DNA of 64,000 bases from Candidatus Dojkabacteria bacterium. GTDB taxonomy: Bacteria > Patescibacteriota > Dojkabacteria > SC72. The notes under the pieces are model-generated. The model searched no databases. It was not told the origin of the DNA and saw only the letters and a program-made list of their open reading frames with translations. Positions 19,572 to 29,248 of the stretch are shown piece by piece (the first letter of the stretch is position 1; the number at the start of each line of letters is the position of its first letter). The stretch is from positions 4,317 to 68,316 of the forward strand of contig JBMNPD010000001.1 of the NCBI GenBank assembly GCA_050943415.1, given 5' to 3'. The position numbers were made by a program, and so were the translations under genes.

Positions 19572-20702
19572 TCAATATTTATCATCTAACCATTTCCTTA
19601 CTGCTCTTCTTAGATCTTCTTCACAAGTCCTTTGTATCTGCGCAAATGTTTGTGTAGGAGAAGCTACTTCATATATGCCCTCTATTAAATATTTTTTCTT
19701 TAAGTTTTCATCATTAATTTCATTTCTTCCTGCAAATATAACTAGAGGAATCTTCTTTTTTGTAGTAAATTTAGCAATACCACTGATGGTTTTACCCATC
19801 ATTGATTGTTTGTCGAATTTACCTTCTCCTGTTACAACTACATCGGTATTATGTAGTATTTTGTCGAAATTACACATATCTAGTACTAAATCTATTCCAT
19901 TGACAATGTCTGCATTAAGAAAGAATGTACATGATGCTGCTATTCCACCTGCTGCACCTCCACCTACTATTTTTGAGATATCAACATTGAATTGTTTCTT
20001 TAGAATATTTGAGTAGTGTCTCAATCCCTTGTCTAGTAGAATAATTTCTTTTTCACTTGCTCCTTTCTGTTTGGCATATACATATGCTGCTCCATTTTTA
20101 CCGTACAAGGGATTCAGTACATCTCTCATTATTGTAAATTTTAGACCTTTAATATTCTTTTTCAATGCACTGTCATCTATGGTAGTAATATCTTTTAGTG
20201 TAGAACCTGTTGGAACAAAAGTCTTTTTATTTTTGTCTAGAAACTTGACTCCTAATGCTGATAGGAGACCTGTACCTGCATCGTTTGTAGCACTACCTCC
20301 TAGTGCAATTATTATGTTTTCTGCTCCTTTAGATTTTGCATGTAGAATTTGTTCTCCCATTCCTAAGCTAGTTGTTATCATTGGATTTTTGGGATTAGCA
20401 AAAGTGAGTCCTGCACATTGTGCTGCCTCTATAACCACACTTTTGTCATATCTAACATACTTAAATTCTTGTTTGATAAAGTTAGGAGAGGTAAAGAGTC
20501 CTGTTACATACTCTCCTGCGAAATTTTCAAAGAATACATCTATGGTATTTTCTCCTCCATCAGCTACTGAGAGTCTAATTACTTCAGTGTTGGGCATCTT
20601 CTTTTTGATTTCTTCTTGAATAATGGTGCCTGCTTTAAAGGAAGCTATTGTTCCTTTAAAGGAATCTGGTGCTACCACTATTTTCATTTTTTTCTTTTGC
20701 AT
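19572..20702 (-). CDS. glxK: Glycerate kinase.
   Basis: 'KIVVAPDSFKGT' N-terminus and 'GEGKFDKQS' region typical of the GlxK/GckA family. Confidence 0.85.
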   Translation of the reverse strand: MQKKKMKIVVAPDSFKGTIASFKAGTIIQEEIKKKMPNTEVIRLSVADGGENTIDVFFENFAGEYVTGLFTSPNFIKQEFKYVRYDKSVVIEAAQCAGLTFANPKNPMITTSLGMGEQILHAKSKGAENIIIALGGSATNDAGTGLLSALGVKFLDKNKKTFVPTGSTLKDITTIDDSALKKNIKGLKFTIMRDVLNPLYGKNGAAYVYAKQKGASEKEIILLDKGLRHYSNILKKQFNVDISKIVGGGAAGGIAASCTFFLNADIVNGIDLVLDMCNFDKILHNTDVVVTGEGKFDKQSMMGKTISGIAKFTTKKKIPLVIFAGRNEINDENLKKKYLIEGIYEVASPTQTFAQIQRTCEEDLRRAVRKWLDDKY

Positions 20703-21919
20703 AGTTCTCTTTCAAATACATTTTTACCTAATTGTTTGGATTTGTTAGACCAATATCTAGTAAGTTTACAGTTATCAAAGTTGTTAATTAGTTCAGCATA
20801 TTGGCTTACGAGGTTTTCTTCTTTTTTGCTGCATTCTAGGGAGAATTGTACTAGTTTGGAGTGACTGGTATTTTCTTGTTTTAGTTGTTTGTCTCCTTTT
20901 ATGAATTCTTGTTCTAATTTTCTTGCTTTCTGTGTCAATTCATCTAAGTTTATGATGTTGGAGTATATTAATCTGTTAAGCTTTTCTCTTTTTAGCCAGT
21001 ATTGAAAACTATCTTGTTCATTTTTAAAACATGGTGGTACTACAAAATTTCCTGATGGGTGGAAGTAAAGAGGTTTGAAGATGGATATACATGGTGTAGA
21101 GGATCCTGTTGTCCATATGGTGATGTCTTTGTCATTGACGATTGATATCATGCTACCAGTTGTATGGTCTCCTAGTAGTCCTGCGTGCATGCATACACTT
21201 TTTACAGATCCTTTTCTAATTGCTTTCTCTTGTGTTGTTGTATGTAGTCTTAGGGTGTTGAAATATTGTTCTAGGTCGTACTGTTGAATGTTTTTGAGGT
21301 GTTGGCTACCTAGTTTCATTCTACTTTTTGATCCAGAGAAGTATGTGAATATTGGTTCTGTGTGTTTTTTAGCAAATTCATCGAGTGAGAGTCTGTTAGA
21401 TATGTTGGCACAATCTTTTACTTGTTTAAGGGCGTATTCTTTTCCTGCTGTTTCTAGTATGTATGCTTCGTTAGTGTCTGTTATGAGGTATGAGTTGTCG
21501 TAGTAGAATTCATTGTCAAAGCCACAGTTTCCTCCTTGTCCATATTGTTGTAGTAGTTGTATTATTTCTTCAGTTGCTTGTTTGGCTGTTTGTGATCTTT
21601 CTAATGCGAGTCTAAGGAAGTCCATACCTATGAGGGTTGGTGTTTTCTTTGTTTTTGATTTTGTAAATACTGCTTCATTTCCAATACTTACTCCGTATTG
21701 GTTTGTACCCATTTCTGCTCCCCATATCCATGATGGTTTGACTAGAAGTACTGCGTAGTGTTCTTTTGGATCTGGTATAGATATGTATGTGCATTGTACT
21801 TGTCCTCTTGAAGTTCCTGCTGGGTAGAAGATGGTTAGGTTTGGTTCGTTTACTGCTCGGTCACTATTTTTAAGAAAAATGGAGTATTGGTTTTGTTTTT
21901 TCCATAATGTATCACACAT
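20684..21919 (-). CDS. Ntn-hydrolase peptidase, C69 dipeptidase-like.
   Basis: The N-terminal 'MCDTL' (Cys2 nucleophile) and 'KNSDR' resemble the C69/secernin family. This is an inference. Confidence 0.55.
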   Translation of the reverse strand: MCDTLWKKQNQYSIFLKNSDRAVNEPNLTIFYPAGTSRGQVQCTYISIPDPKEHYAVLLVKPSWIWGAEMGTNQYGVSIGNEAVFTKSKTKKTPTLIGMDFLRLALERSQTAKQATEEIIQLLQQYGQGGNCGFDNEFYYDNSYLITDTNEAYILETAGKEYALKQVKDCANISNRLSLDEFAKKHTEPIFTYFSGSKSRMKLGSQHLKNIQQYDLEQYFNTLRLHTTTQEKAIRKGSVKSVCMHAGLLGDHTTGSMISIVNDKDITIWTTGSSTPCISIFKPLYFHPSGNFVVPPCFKNEQDSFQYWLKREKLNRLIYSNIINLDELTQKARKLEQEFIKGDKQLKQENTSHSKLVQFSLECSKKEENLVSQYAELINNFDNCKLTRYWSNKSKQLGKNVFERELCKRKK

Positions 21920-22000
21920 ATGTTATTTAAAGATATCACAAGGGGTAAGAGGTGTAAATGGAGTAAACTGTATGTTAAATCGTAGACGGTATGATATTTG

Positions 22001-22027
22001 TTGAAAAAGCTTTTATGATGGTATAAT
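22001..22027 (+). promoter_or_regulatory. Promoter for small-protein cassette 1: -35 ttgaaa, extended -10 tggtataat.
   Basis: TGnTATAAT at 22019-22027. The same 'atggtataat(c/t)aagagta(c/t)ttt' string recurs at 23079-23100. Confidence 0.6.
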
Positions 22028-22115
22028 CAAGAGTACTTTACAATCTGATAGATTCTAGATTACTAGATCATATATCAGAAAAATATATAGCACATGGCAA
22101 AAAAGGGAGGAAACA

Positions 22116-22385
22116 ATGTCTGACGCATATACAGATGCAAAACAAAAAAACACTAAATGGGACAATATTGAAGAAGATCTCGAGAAATGTCAGGAATCAA
22201 TAGAGTCTGCCATTGATTCATTGCAGTGGTTGCTTGATGAGATTAAAGAAACCAAAGATTCTCCAACTAATCGGCAAGTTGAGATATTGAAGAATTTTTA
22301 TTCAGGCTCGATGAAGCAAGTTGAGAGGATTGTTGAGATTCTAATTCGGATAAAAATGGAGATTGCGGCTAGGAAAAACAACTAG
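22116..22385 (+). CDS. Small helical protein, paralog family member 1 (89 aa).
   Basis: RBS aaaagggagg. Shares 'W..E.DL' and 'L.NFY.G....ER...I.I..EI' motifs with the 23161-23427 product. Confidence 0.6.
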   Translation: MSDAYTDAKQKNTKWDNIEEDLEKCQESIESAIDSLQWLLDEIKETKDSPTNRQVEILKNFYSGSMKQVERIVEILIRIKMEIAARKNN

Positions 22386-22459
22386 TCTAAATTCGAACCG
22401 TGTTTTTGATAAGATTTTAATCTAATCAGAAAATATATAGTGGTAAAAGGAGGTCTGAA

Positions 22460-22933
22460 ATGTTCTCTAAAAAAGAAAAAATAAGAAGTGGGAAGGAATT
22501 GTTTTTAACTCTTCAAAATATTGTAAATGGTGTTAAAGGACTCGAAAAAGAATGTATCGAAATGTTTAACGGTGTATCGAATACGATGCTGCCTGTTACT
22601 CAGGAAGATGAAGCAGAAATAAAGATACTGATTGAAAAGTTAGAAAAGATGGTTAGGAACATCTTAACTACTTGCCAAACCCTAGCTGTATGTAACTCAG
22701 GAGGAGAAAACAATGAGGAAGCCAATATTGAAAGACTGAATAAAATTCTTGAGCATCTCAAGAGTTCAGAAAAATTGCTTGAGGAAATTCGTTTAGGAAG
22801 ACCTCTTAAGCAGAAGCAAGAAGTCAGTGAAAAGTTTTATGAGGCATATAAAATCATTAATAAGGTTACACTTATGCTTATAGAACTGTTTTCTCGATTC
22901 TACGGAATCGAAAGATCTTCAGATGAAGATTAG
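22460..22933 (+). CDS. Helical protein, paralog family member 2 (157 aa, possibly a duplicated fold).
   Basis: RBS aaaaggagg. Its 5'UTR is a partial copy of the cassette UTR (tcagaaaatatatag). 'ERLNKILEHL' resembles 'ERLNAICIQL' in member 3. Confidence 0.6.
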   Translation: MFSKKEKIRSGKELFLTLQNIVNGVKGLEKECIEMFNGVSNTMLPVTQEDEAEIKILIEKLEKMVRNILTTCQTLAVCNSGGENNEEANIERLNKILEHLKSSEKLLEEIRLGRPLKQKQEVSEKFYEAYKIINKVTLMLIELFSRFYGIERSSDED

Positions 22934-23059
22934 AGAAAGAAATATCTAAATTATAACCCTAACCGTGGTATACAACTTGGTATCTCCAATTTTTACAATT
23001 ATGCCATGTGCTAGAGTTCTTTTATTTTTATCTTTTATAGTGTAATTAGTTATGTCGAA

Positions 23060-23088
23060 TTTGTATAAAAGACCTATAAATGGTATAA
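23060..23088 (+). promoter_or_regulatory. Promoter for cassette 3: -35 ttgtat, 17-nt spacer, extended -10 tggtataat.
   Basis: Near-identical to the cassette-1 promoter and followed by the same UTR elements. Confidence 0.6.
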
Positions 23089-23130
23089 TTAAGAGTATTT
23101 TAACAATCTGATGTTTGTATATCAGAAAAA

Positions 23131-23499
23131 TAGCACATGGCACAGCCTAGGAGGTGAATTATGTCGAACTATGTTCCGAAAGGATCTATCTGGGAAAAGA
23201 AACTTGAGACAGATTTACAGGAACTGCAAAAACAACTTGTTGATGCTGAGAAGAAAGCCTCTACTGTATATATAGACGCTAGTCTTACAGTTGCCGACAA
23301 GGACACTTTAAATTTTTATGCTGGTGGAAGAGACGAATTAGAAAGGCTGAATGCTATATGTATTCAACTTACTAAAGAAATCGGTTCGTTCTTATCCAGA
23401 ACGGATGATTTGATTAAAGAAGAATAATTTTACTTAGAACTCTAGGTGTGGTGTGGTATAGTTACCATCTCCAAATTTTTACAATCATGCCATGTGCTA
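23131..23499. repeat. Second inverted-repeat pair (tagcacatggca at 23131-23142; tgccatgtgcta at 23488-23499) bracketing gene 3. The downstream arm overlaps the Nudix gene stop codon.
   Basis: Exact 12-mers. The flanking 'ccatctccaaatttttacaat' is shared with the 22981-23000 copy. Confidence 0.8.
23161..23427 (+). CDS. Small helical protein, paralog family member 3 (88 aa).
   Basis: RBS 'ctaggaggtg'. Homologous to member 1. Confidence 0.6.
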   Translation: MSNYVPKGSIWEKKLETDLQELQKQLVDAEKKASTVYIDASLTVADKDTLNFYAGGRDELERLNAICIQLTKEIGSFLSRTDDLIKEE

Positions 23500-24051
23500 G
23501 AGTTCGTTCTTGTAAAGTTTATTATTTTCTAAAATTCTTGTTAAGAATCCCCAAGAACTAGTTTTTCTTGTTAAATCTTTATAATCATTCTTAATCATAC
23601 TTAGTAATTTGTTAGGTGGAAAAAATCTTACTTCTTCAACTTCTTCTTTTTGTAGCTTTAATTGTGAAATATCAACATCTTTTTTAATAAGGTAGCATTC
23701 ATCATAATGCTTGTTAATATAACCAGGTAGATTAGTAACAGAGGTTGAGGAAATCAAAAATTTTATATCATCATCAGATACATCTATACCTAGTTCTTCC
23801 TTACATTCTCTAATTAATGCTTCTCTACCAAACTCACCAGCATTTACATGTCCCCCTACTGTTACATCCCATTTCATAGGCCAAAGCTTTTTATTTTTAC
23901 TTCTGAGTTGTAATAGAATTTCGCCTTTGTTGTTTACAATAAAGCCGTATACTGCTCTATGCCAATATCCTTTCTCATGACATTCATCTTTAGTAGCCAG
24001 TTTCCCTGTAAATTCTCCAAATTCATTTAGTACATCTACTTTTTCTTCCAT
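23497..24051 (-). CDS. Nudix hydrolase.
   Basis: Nudix box 'GGHVNAGEFGREALIRECKEELGI'. Confidence 0.8.
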   Translation of the reverse strand: MEEKVDVLNEFGEFTGKLATKDECHEKGYWHRAVYGFIVNNKGEILLQLRSKNKKLWPMKWDVTVGGHVNAGEFGREALIRECKEELGIDVSDDDIKFLISSTSVTNLPGYINKHYDECYLIKKDVDISQLKLQKEEVEEVRFFPPNKLLSMIKNDYKDLTRKTSSWGFLTRILENNKLYKNEL

Positions 24052-24096
24052 TTGGTATCTTAAAAAATATTTATTAGTTTTATATCTAATACTGCT

Positions 24097-24444
24097 TTAC
24101 ATTCCTCCTCTGTATTTATTTTTGTATGCAATAGTTAAGTATGTAAAATATTTGTTAAAGAATTCATCATCTGAGTTATACACATTATCATACATGAAAT
24201 AATCTACCCACAACTCTCTCATTCTACATAATTCTTTAGATTGGCCGTATGTTAGTTTAGATTCTTTAGTTAGATCAAATAGTTCTAGAGATCTAACAAA
24301 AGCATCATACGCATACTTTTCGTCACCTTTTTTTCTCCAATTTAATGCTCTGTATACCTCACTACCAATATTAGCCATTTGTTCAAGAAATGGTTTCTTC
24401 TGCCATACTCCATTAGCTAAATTTTTATGTTGAAACTTTCTCAT
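24097..24444 (-). CDS. Hypothetical protein (115 aa).
   Basis: ORF between two Nudix genes. No recognisable motif. Confidence 0.45.
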   Translation of the reverse strand: MRKFQHKNLANGVWQKKPFLEQMANIGSEVYRALNWRKKGDEKYAYDAFVRSLELFDLTKESKLTYGQSKELCRMRELWVDYFMYDNVYNSDDEFFNKYFTYLTIAYKNKYRGGM

Positions 24445-24462
24445 TACTCTTCTATCTTGGAT

Positions 24463-24987
24463 TTAACAATTTGTAGAATCTTTTTTTCTTAAATATTCTT
24501 TAAATAATAACAATGCAGCTAAATTAACAGTATCTTCTGGTTTAAGATTCTCTAAATATTCCTCGTATGGTTTAAGTACAACCTCTATATCTTCAGTTTG
24601 AGATCCTTCTTTAAATGTACACCCTTCTATCAATACAGCATATTTTGGATTTGATATATAAGCACCATCAAAAATTTTACCAAGCAATGTAGCTTTTGTT
24701 CCTACATAACCTGTCTCTTCTGTTAATTCCCTTATAGCACAATCTACAGGGTTTTCTCCATCATCTAAACATCCACCAGGAATATCTAAAAATTCTTTCA
24801 TAGGACCAGGTCTAAATTCTCTTACTAGAATAATATTGTTGTCTTCTGTTAGAGCAATTATTGAGGCTGAACCGTATATACTTCCACTAACTTCAAATTC
24901 AGATGTTTTACCTTGTTCATCTACAAAGGTTCTTAAAAGTAATCTTCTGTAGTTTTGGTATATAGTTTTTTCTTTAACTAGTTTCAT
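24463..24987 (-). CDS. Nudix hydrolase (ADP-ribose pyrophosphatase-like).
   Basis: Nudix box 'PGGCLDDGENPVDCAIRELTEETG'. Confidence 0.8.
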   Translation of the reverse strand: MKLVKEKTIYQNYRRLLLRTFVDEQGKTSEFEVSGSIYGSASIIALTEDNNIILVREFRPGPMKEFLDIPGGCLDDGENPVDCAIRELTEETGYVGTKATLLGKIFDGAYISNPKYAVLIEGCTFKEGSQTEDIEVVLKPYEEYLENLKPEDTVNLAALLLFKEYLRKKDSTNC

Positions 24988-25056
24988 TCCTATTCAAATA
25001 TATCCTATCAATTTCTCTTTGTTAGGTAAACTATGTTTGAATGATATAATTAAGGT

Positions 25057-25530
25057 ATGAAAATATATATTACAGGAAGTGCTGGAAGTGGTAAGAGTAC
25101 ATATGCTAAAAAACTTTCCGAAAAATTAAAGATACCTGTATATAGGACAGATGATTTCTACGAAGAGAAAGAAAAAAGGATGTTTACAGGCAAAGAGATT
25201 AGTGAGGTTGTAGATATAGATTCTGATTGGATAATAGAAGGAGCTTACTATATTCCTAAATATGTAAGAGCTGCAGACAAGGTTATATATATTCGAATAG
25301 ATATATTAAAAACAGTATTTAGAATATTTAAAAGGTGGTTTAGTGATGTAGAAATTAGAAGAAAATTTTCTCTATTAGATACAATTAAATTGTGTTTTAC
25401 TACAGTAAGAGATAGATATACTTCTGAAGGAATAGATGTAAAGACAAATATACCAAGGCATTACAAAGAAAAAGATAGGTATAATCTTTGTAAAAAGAAT
25501 GCTAAGGAATTTGTAGAACTATATTTTTAG
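25057..25530 (+). CDS. P-loop NTPase / nucleoside(tide) kinase-like protein (adenylate kinase or topology-modulation TopoMod-like).
   Basis: Walker A 'ITGSAGSGKST' at the N-terminus. About 157 aa. Confidence 0.6.
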   Translation: MKIYITGSAGSGKSTYAKKLSEKLKIPVYRTDDFYEEKEKRMFTGKEISEVVDIDSDWIIEGAYYIPKYVRAADKVIYIRIDILKTVFRIFKRWFSDVEIRRKFSLLDTIKLCFTTVRDRYTSEGIDVKTNIPRHYKEKDRYNLCKKNAKEFVELYF

Positions 25531-25748
25531 GTGTTTTAGGTTGGTTAATAATCTGTATCCCAATTAGATAATATCTTATCTGCAAGTACAATTAGAAAAT
25601 CTTTGTCAACAAATTTCTCTTTTGTTCGATCATAATGATGTGCGAATACCTCATCTTTGAAAGTTAGTATTATATCAAAAAAACTCTGAATTACACACTG
25701 TAGAAATAAGTGTATAATGAAACAGTATAAAATATTCAAAGTAAAAAG

Positions 25749-26567
25749 ATGAAGTATGATACAACTGCTTTAGAAGGAATAAATACAGTTCTAGTTACAG
25801 GAGCAGGAAGTGGTATAGGTAAGGCTTTTGCTGTAGAGTTTGCTAAGTTAGGTTTAAATTGCGTATTAGTTGGTAGGGATAAAAAAAGGTTGGCAAGAGT
25901 TGCAAGTATTCTAGAGAAAAGATACAAAGTAAAAACTTGGATAGTACAACAAGATTTAAGTGTATATAATGGAGCACAAAAACTTTTTAGTTATTGTCAA
26001 AAACGAAATATACAGGTAGATATTGTTGTAAATAATGCTGGAAGATTGATTAATCAAGAACTCTTAACCTTAAGTAAAAAAGAAATAACTAGGTATTTGT
26101 ATTTACATGTTCATTGTACAACTTTTCTGACATATCTTTTTGGTAGAGAGATGGTAAAGAGAAGGAAAGGTTTTATCATTAATATCTCATCTATATCTGC
26201 TTGGATGACATTACCAGGTATTCAATTATATGGTGCTACAAAAAGGTATATTCGTGATTTTTCTCGTTCAATGTATTATGAATTTGCAAGAAGTAATGTA
26301 GGAGTAACAGTTATTTGTCCTAGTGGAGTAAATACAGGTTGTTTCAAATTACCTAAAAGGTTAAGGAAGGGAGCTTTAAGATTTGGTTTAATTATTAAAC
26401 CTGAACAGGTAGCAAAAGTTGGTATTGAAAAAACACTTAAATTTAAGAAACAGGTGTTTCCTAATCGCTTTGATAGACTATTTATATTCATGACTGCCAA
26501 TTTAATAGATCCTGTTGTATTCTGGCTTATGAAAAAGGATTCACTATTTAAGGGTAAAAAGAAGTAA
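25749..26567 (+). CDS. Short-chain dehydrogenase/reductase (SDR).
   Basis: 'VLVTGAGSGIGKA' Rossmann motif, 'NNAG' and catalytic 'Y...K' (YGATKRY). Confidence 0.8.
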   Translation: MKYDTTALEGINTVLVTGAGSGIGKAFAVEFAKLGLNCVLVGRDKKRLARVASILEKRYKVKTWIVQQDLSVYNGAQKLFSYCQKRNIQVDIVVNNAGRLINQELLTLSKKEITRYLYLHVHCTTFLTYLFGREMVKRRKGFIINISSISAWMTLPGIQLYGATKRYIRDFSRSMYYEFARSNVGVTVICPSGVNTGCFKLPKRLRKGALRFGLIIKPEQVAKVGIEKTLKFKKQVFPNRFDRLFIFMTANLIDPVVFWLMKKDSLFKGKKK

Positions 26568-26569
26568 GT

Positions 26570-26700
26570 TAACAATATGTAAGGCACAGAGAGAATAGGA
26601 CTCTCCATAGATAGGATGCAAGCCCCTTGCCTTGAGCTATAGCTTGCCTCTCTCACTCGGACAAACACGAGGGGAGAGGTGCACATTTATCAATACTTAA
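26570..26700. ncRNA. GC-rich structured element between convergent genes. It may be a small ncRNA or a bidirectional terminator.
   Basis: Local GC is much higher than the surroundings. It contains nested inverted repeats (gcaag..cttgc; cctctc..gagagg). The overlapping antisense ORF 26276-26686 has no supporting signals. Confidence 0.25.
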
Positions 26701-26799
26701 CCCAAATAGATTTAAAAGACTTAAAGTAGGAAATTTATATTATAGAGTACAAGAGAGAGAATAAGTGTTTATTAATCTCTCTCTTGTGTCTTTGTCTAA

Positions 26800-28293
26800 C
26801 TACTGCAACTTCTCGAATTTGTTATCTGGTAACTGTCTGTAATATCCTTGTCCTTCTGGTCCATATGAACTCCAAGAGTTAACAGGAGTACTGTATATTT
26901 GACCTGTACTTGGTGAAGTTACAGTCTCGTACCCGTTCATTCCTTCTATCCATTTTTCACCAGTTTCTTGAGCTATAGATCTACCATAGGTTCTACTTTT
27001 AGAAGTCATTGAAGATTCTAAGCTCTCTATTGGTCCTTTAAATGGTAGTAATGTGTTCATCTTTGGAGTTTTACTGTCAATAAAGGCAAGACTGTCTCGC
27101 ATAGTGCGGAAAGAATCTACAGTACTTTCCCAATTCTCTGATGTTGTTATATATCCAACCAAGAAAGCAGATGCGTATTTAGTACCAACATCAAAATATG
27201 GGGGCTGATATACTCCTACAGTTGCTTCTCCTTGAATAGGTATGCCTTCCATACTGGCAGTAAAAGTAAACTCCTGCATACTATTTCCTAATATATCAGA
27301 AGGCAATACTGCTCCATCTGTTATTATTAGATTTTTTAATCCTTTCATTTCTGAAAGCATATTCTCTAACCAAGATTTAGGTGTATATTCTGTTTTCAAT
27401 TCAGTAGTGTATGCATAAGTAAACATTCCTCTGTTATCAGTCTTGACTAAATCAATACCATTTTCTTTCTCTTTATCAACTTTAAAATCAGATGATTTAT
27501 CTAACTTAAAGTACTTTCCTTCATATGTCTTAAAACCTTCAGGAAGTTGTTCTTTTTTTGGTTCTTGCTCTTTGCTTTCTACTTTATTTAGTTCATCTAC
27601 TATTTCTTTCTGTTTTGCTAACAAAATATCATCTGTAAGTACTTTTGTTCTTGCGAAACATCCACATATATCCTTTAAGATAGTTTCTCTCTCTTCAAAG
27701 ATCTCAGTTGGAGCCCAATATGCTTTGAATGTAACAAAATCTCCTGATTTAGAAGCAATCATTTTTCCCTTTATATTGTATTCACCAATCTTAGCGACTA
27801 TATCAGCATTAGTTTGATTCTCTAGCAGTTGAATATTCTGCATTTCAAACGTGCTATTTTCTTCTTCTTCAATTGTTTGTGTAAAGATTCTAGAAAATGC
27901 ATTTAAGAAATCTTCTTCTGTTAATTCTTGCTTTAGTTTTGCTGTGTACAAGAATACTGCTGTAGTATTTGTCTCATCTTCCATTATGGATACAGCTCCA
28001 TTATTAACTTCGTACAACCAACCATTTGGAACTCCAATACTAAAGGCATTCTCAGGATACTCTATTTTTGTTAAAGAACAGGTAGGATCATCATTTTCTA
28101 CAGTAGCAGCGTAGTATTCATCTCTTTTTAAATTTATTTCCTCTAGTTTACTACTAATGTTTTCAACAATATTTTTAAAAGAATCGGTTGGAATGAAAAC
28201 AAGTAAAAGTGCAATAGTGAGGATTAATATGGTTGAAATAATTAAAGATTTCTTGTGTTGTTCAAAGAAATCTTTGAGGGCAATTTTTTCCAT
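26800..28293 (-). CDS. Membrane-anchored extracytoplasmic hypothetical protein (497 aa).
   Basis: N-terminal TM helix 'LIISTILILTIALLLVFIP'. Long ORF with no known motifs. Confidence 0.55.
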   Translation of the reverse strand: MEKIALKDFFEQHKKSLIISTILILTIALLLVFIPTDSFKNIVENISSKLEEINLKRDEYYAATVENDDPTCSLTKIEYPENAFSIGVPNGWLYEVNNGAVSIMEDETNTTAVFLYTAKLKQELTEEDFLNAFSRIFTQTIEEEENSTFEMQNIQLLENQTNADIVAKIGEYNIKGKMIASKSGDFVTFKAYWAPTEIFEERETILKDICGCFARTKVLTDDILLAKQKEIVDELNKVESKEQEPKKEQLPEGFKTYEGKYFKLDKSSDFKVDKEKENGIDLVKTDNRGMFTYAYTTELKTEYTPKSWLENMLSEMKGLKNLIITDGAVLPSDILGNSMQEFTFTASMEGIPIQGEATVGVYQPPYFDVGTKYASAFLVGYITTSENWESTVDSFRTMRDSLAFIDSKTPKMNTLLPFKGPIESLESSMTSKSRTYGRSIAQETGEKWIEGMNGYETVTSPSTGQIYSTPVNSWSSYGPEGQGYYRQLPDNKFEKLQ

Positions 28294-28469
28294 ATTTTTA
28301 AATATATAAATTTAATGTTTTTAAAGGATAGCAGATATTCAGAGTGGTGTAAAATATAGAATAGTCTGTAGATATATTAAAGTAAAAAAGCCTGAGATTT
28401 ATGAAGTTATTGTTAGTGAATAGTTCACCAAACTAACCTCTACTCAGGCTTTCTTGCATAATTATTTTA

Positions 28470-28988
28470 TTAATCTACAGGAATTACTTTAACAAGGCGA
28501 CAATAATCAAATTCCCACAAGTCACGACATTGTGAAGTGGTGGTAAATTGACTGTTATCTGGTTTCAACGAACAGACTGGCTCATAATCACGAGTGCAAA
28601 CTAGTTTAACAGTATCGCCAGGTTTTAAGGCCATTACTTTGAAATCAGTTGTCTTGATGATTTCTACCTGGCCAAGAGGTATAAGGTCTATTGATGGCTC
28701 AAGATCAACTAGAATACCTCTGACTAAGCCTTTTCCATCTTGCCAGATGCTTCCAGATACGTTACCATATCCAATATGATTGAATCCTGAATATGTTCCT
28801 GACACAGATCCATGAATCTGAGAATAACTGGCAGGATCTTCTTCAAGTTTTAATGTTAATAGATACAATGTTTCGTCGAACTTTGTATCTATTTTAATGC
28901 CTTGATCAATCTCCTGTTGAGGTGCTTTACAAGCAGTTAATAGAAAAGACATAACAATGACAATGATAAACAGCATTTTTTTAAACAT
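28470..28988 (-). CDS. Putative lipoprotein (172 aa).
   Basis: Lipobox 'FLLTAC' at the end of a signal peptide. Confidence 0.6.
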   Translation of the reverse strand: MFKKMLFIIVIVMSFLLTACKAPQQEIDQGIKIDTKFDETLYLLTLKLEEDPASYSQIHGSVSGTYSGFNHIGYGNVSGSIWQDGKGLVRGILVDLEPSIDLIPLGQVEIIKTTDFKVMALKPGDTVKLVCTRDYEPVCSLKPDNSQFTTTSQCRDLWEFDYCRLVKVIPVD

Positions 28989-29248
28989 TTTATTTTTCCT
29001 TTCTTGTTTTTATGTATTTGAATGGATAGCTTTTAAGATATTAGGAAAATATCATAGAAGCTACCCACTCTTTTGAAAGGAGAGAGTCACATAATTCTCA
29101 TAGATTATTAAAGTGCAAGTTAGTAGTATTATATCAAGAATTCAAGAGTAAGTATACACTATAGGGTAATGGGTCGCCATATGATGGTATCACACACCTG
29201 AATTAATGGTATACTCTCTATATAATACAATCTAAGTGCAAGTAATTC

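Larger units (their letters stand above)
22088..23013. repeat. 12-bp perfect inverted repeat pair (tagcacatggca at 22088-22099; tgccatgtgcta at 23002-23013) bracketing genes 1 and 2. A conserved 'tttacaat' lies next to both arms, and a 5'UTR hairpin (tctgata...tatcaga) sits at 22044-22079.
   Basis: Exact reverse-complement 12-mers. The same pair recurs around gene 3. Confidence 0.8.

Noticed and set aside
26276-26686. 136-aa minus-strand ORF covering the GC-rich element and the SDR gene end.
   Set aside because: It overlaps the 3' end of a well-supported SDR gene in antisense and has no RBS. Its translation is atypical. The GC-rich portion is better explained as a structured RNA or terminator.
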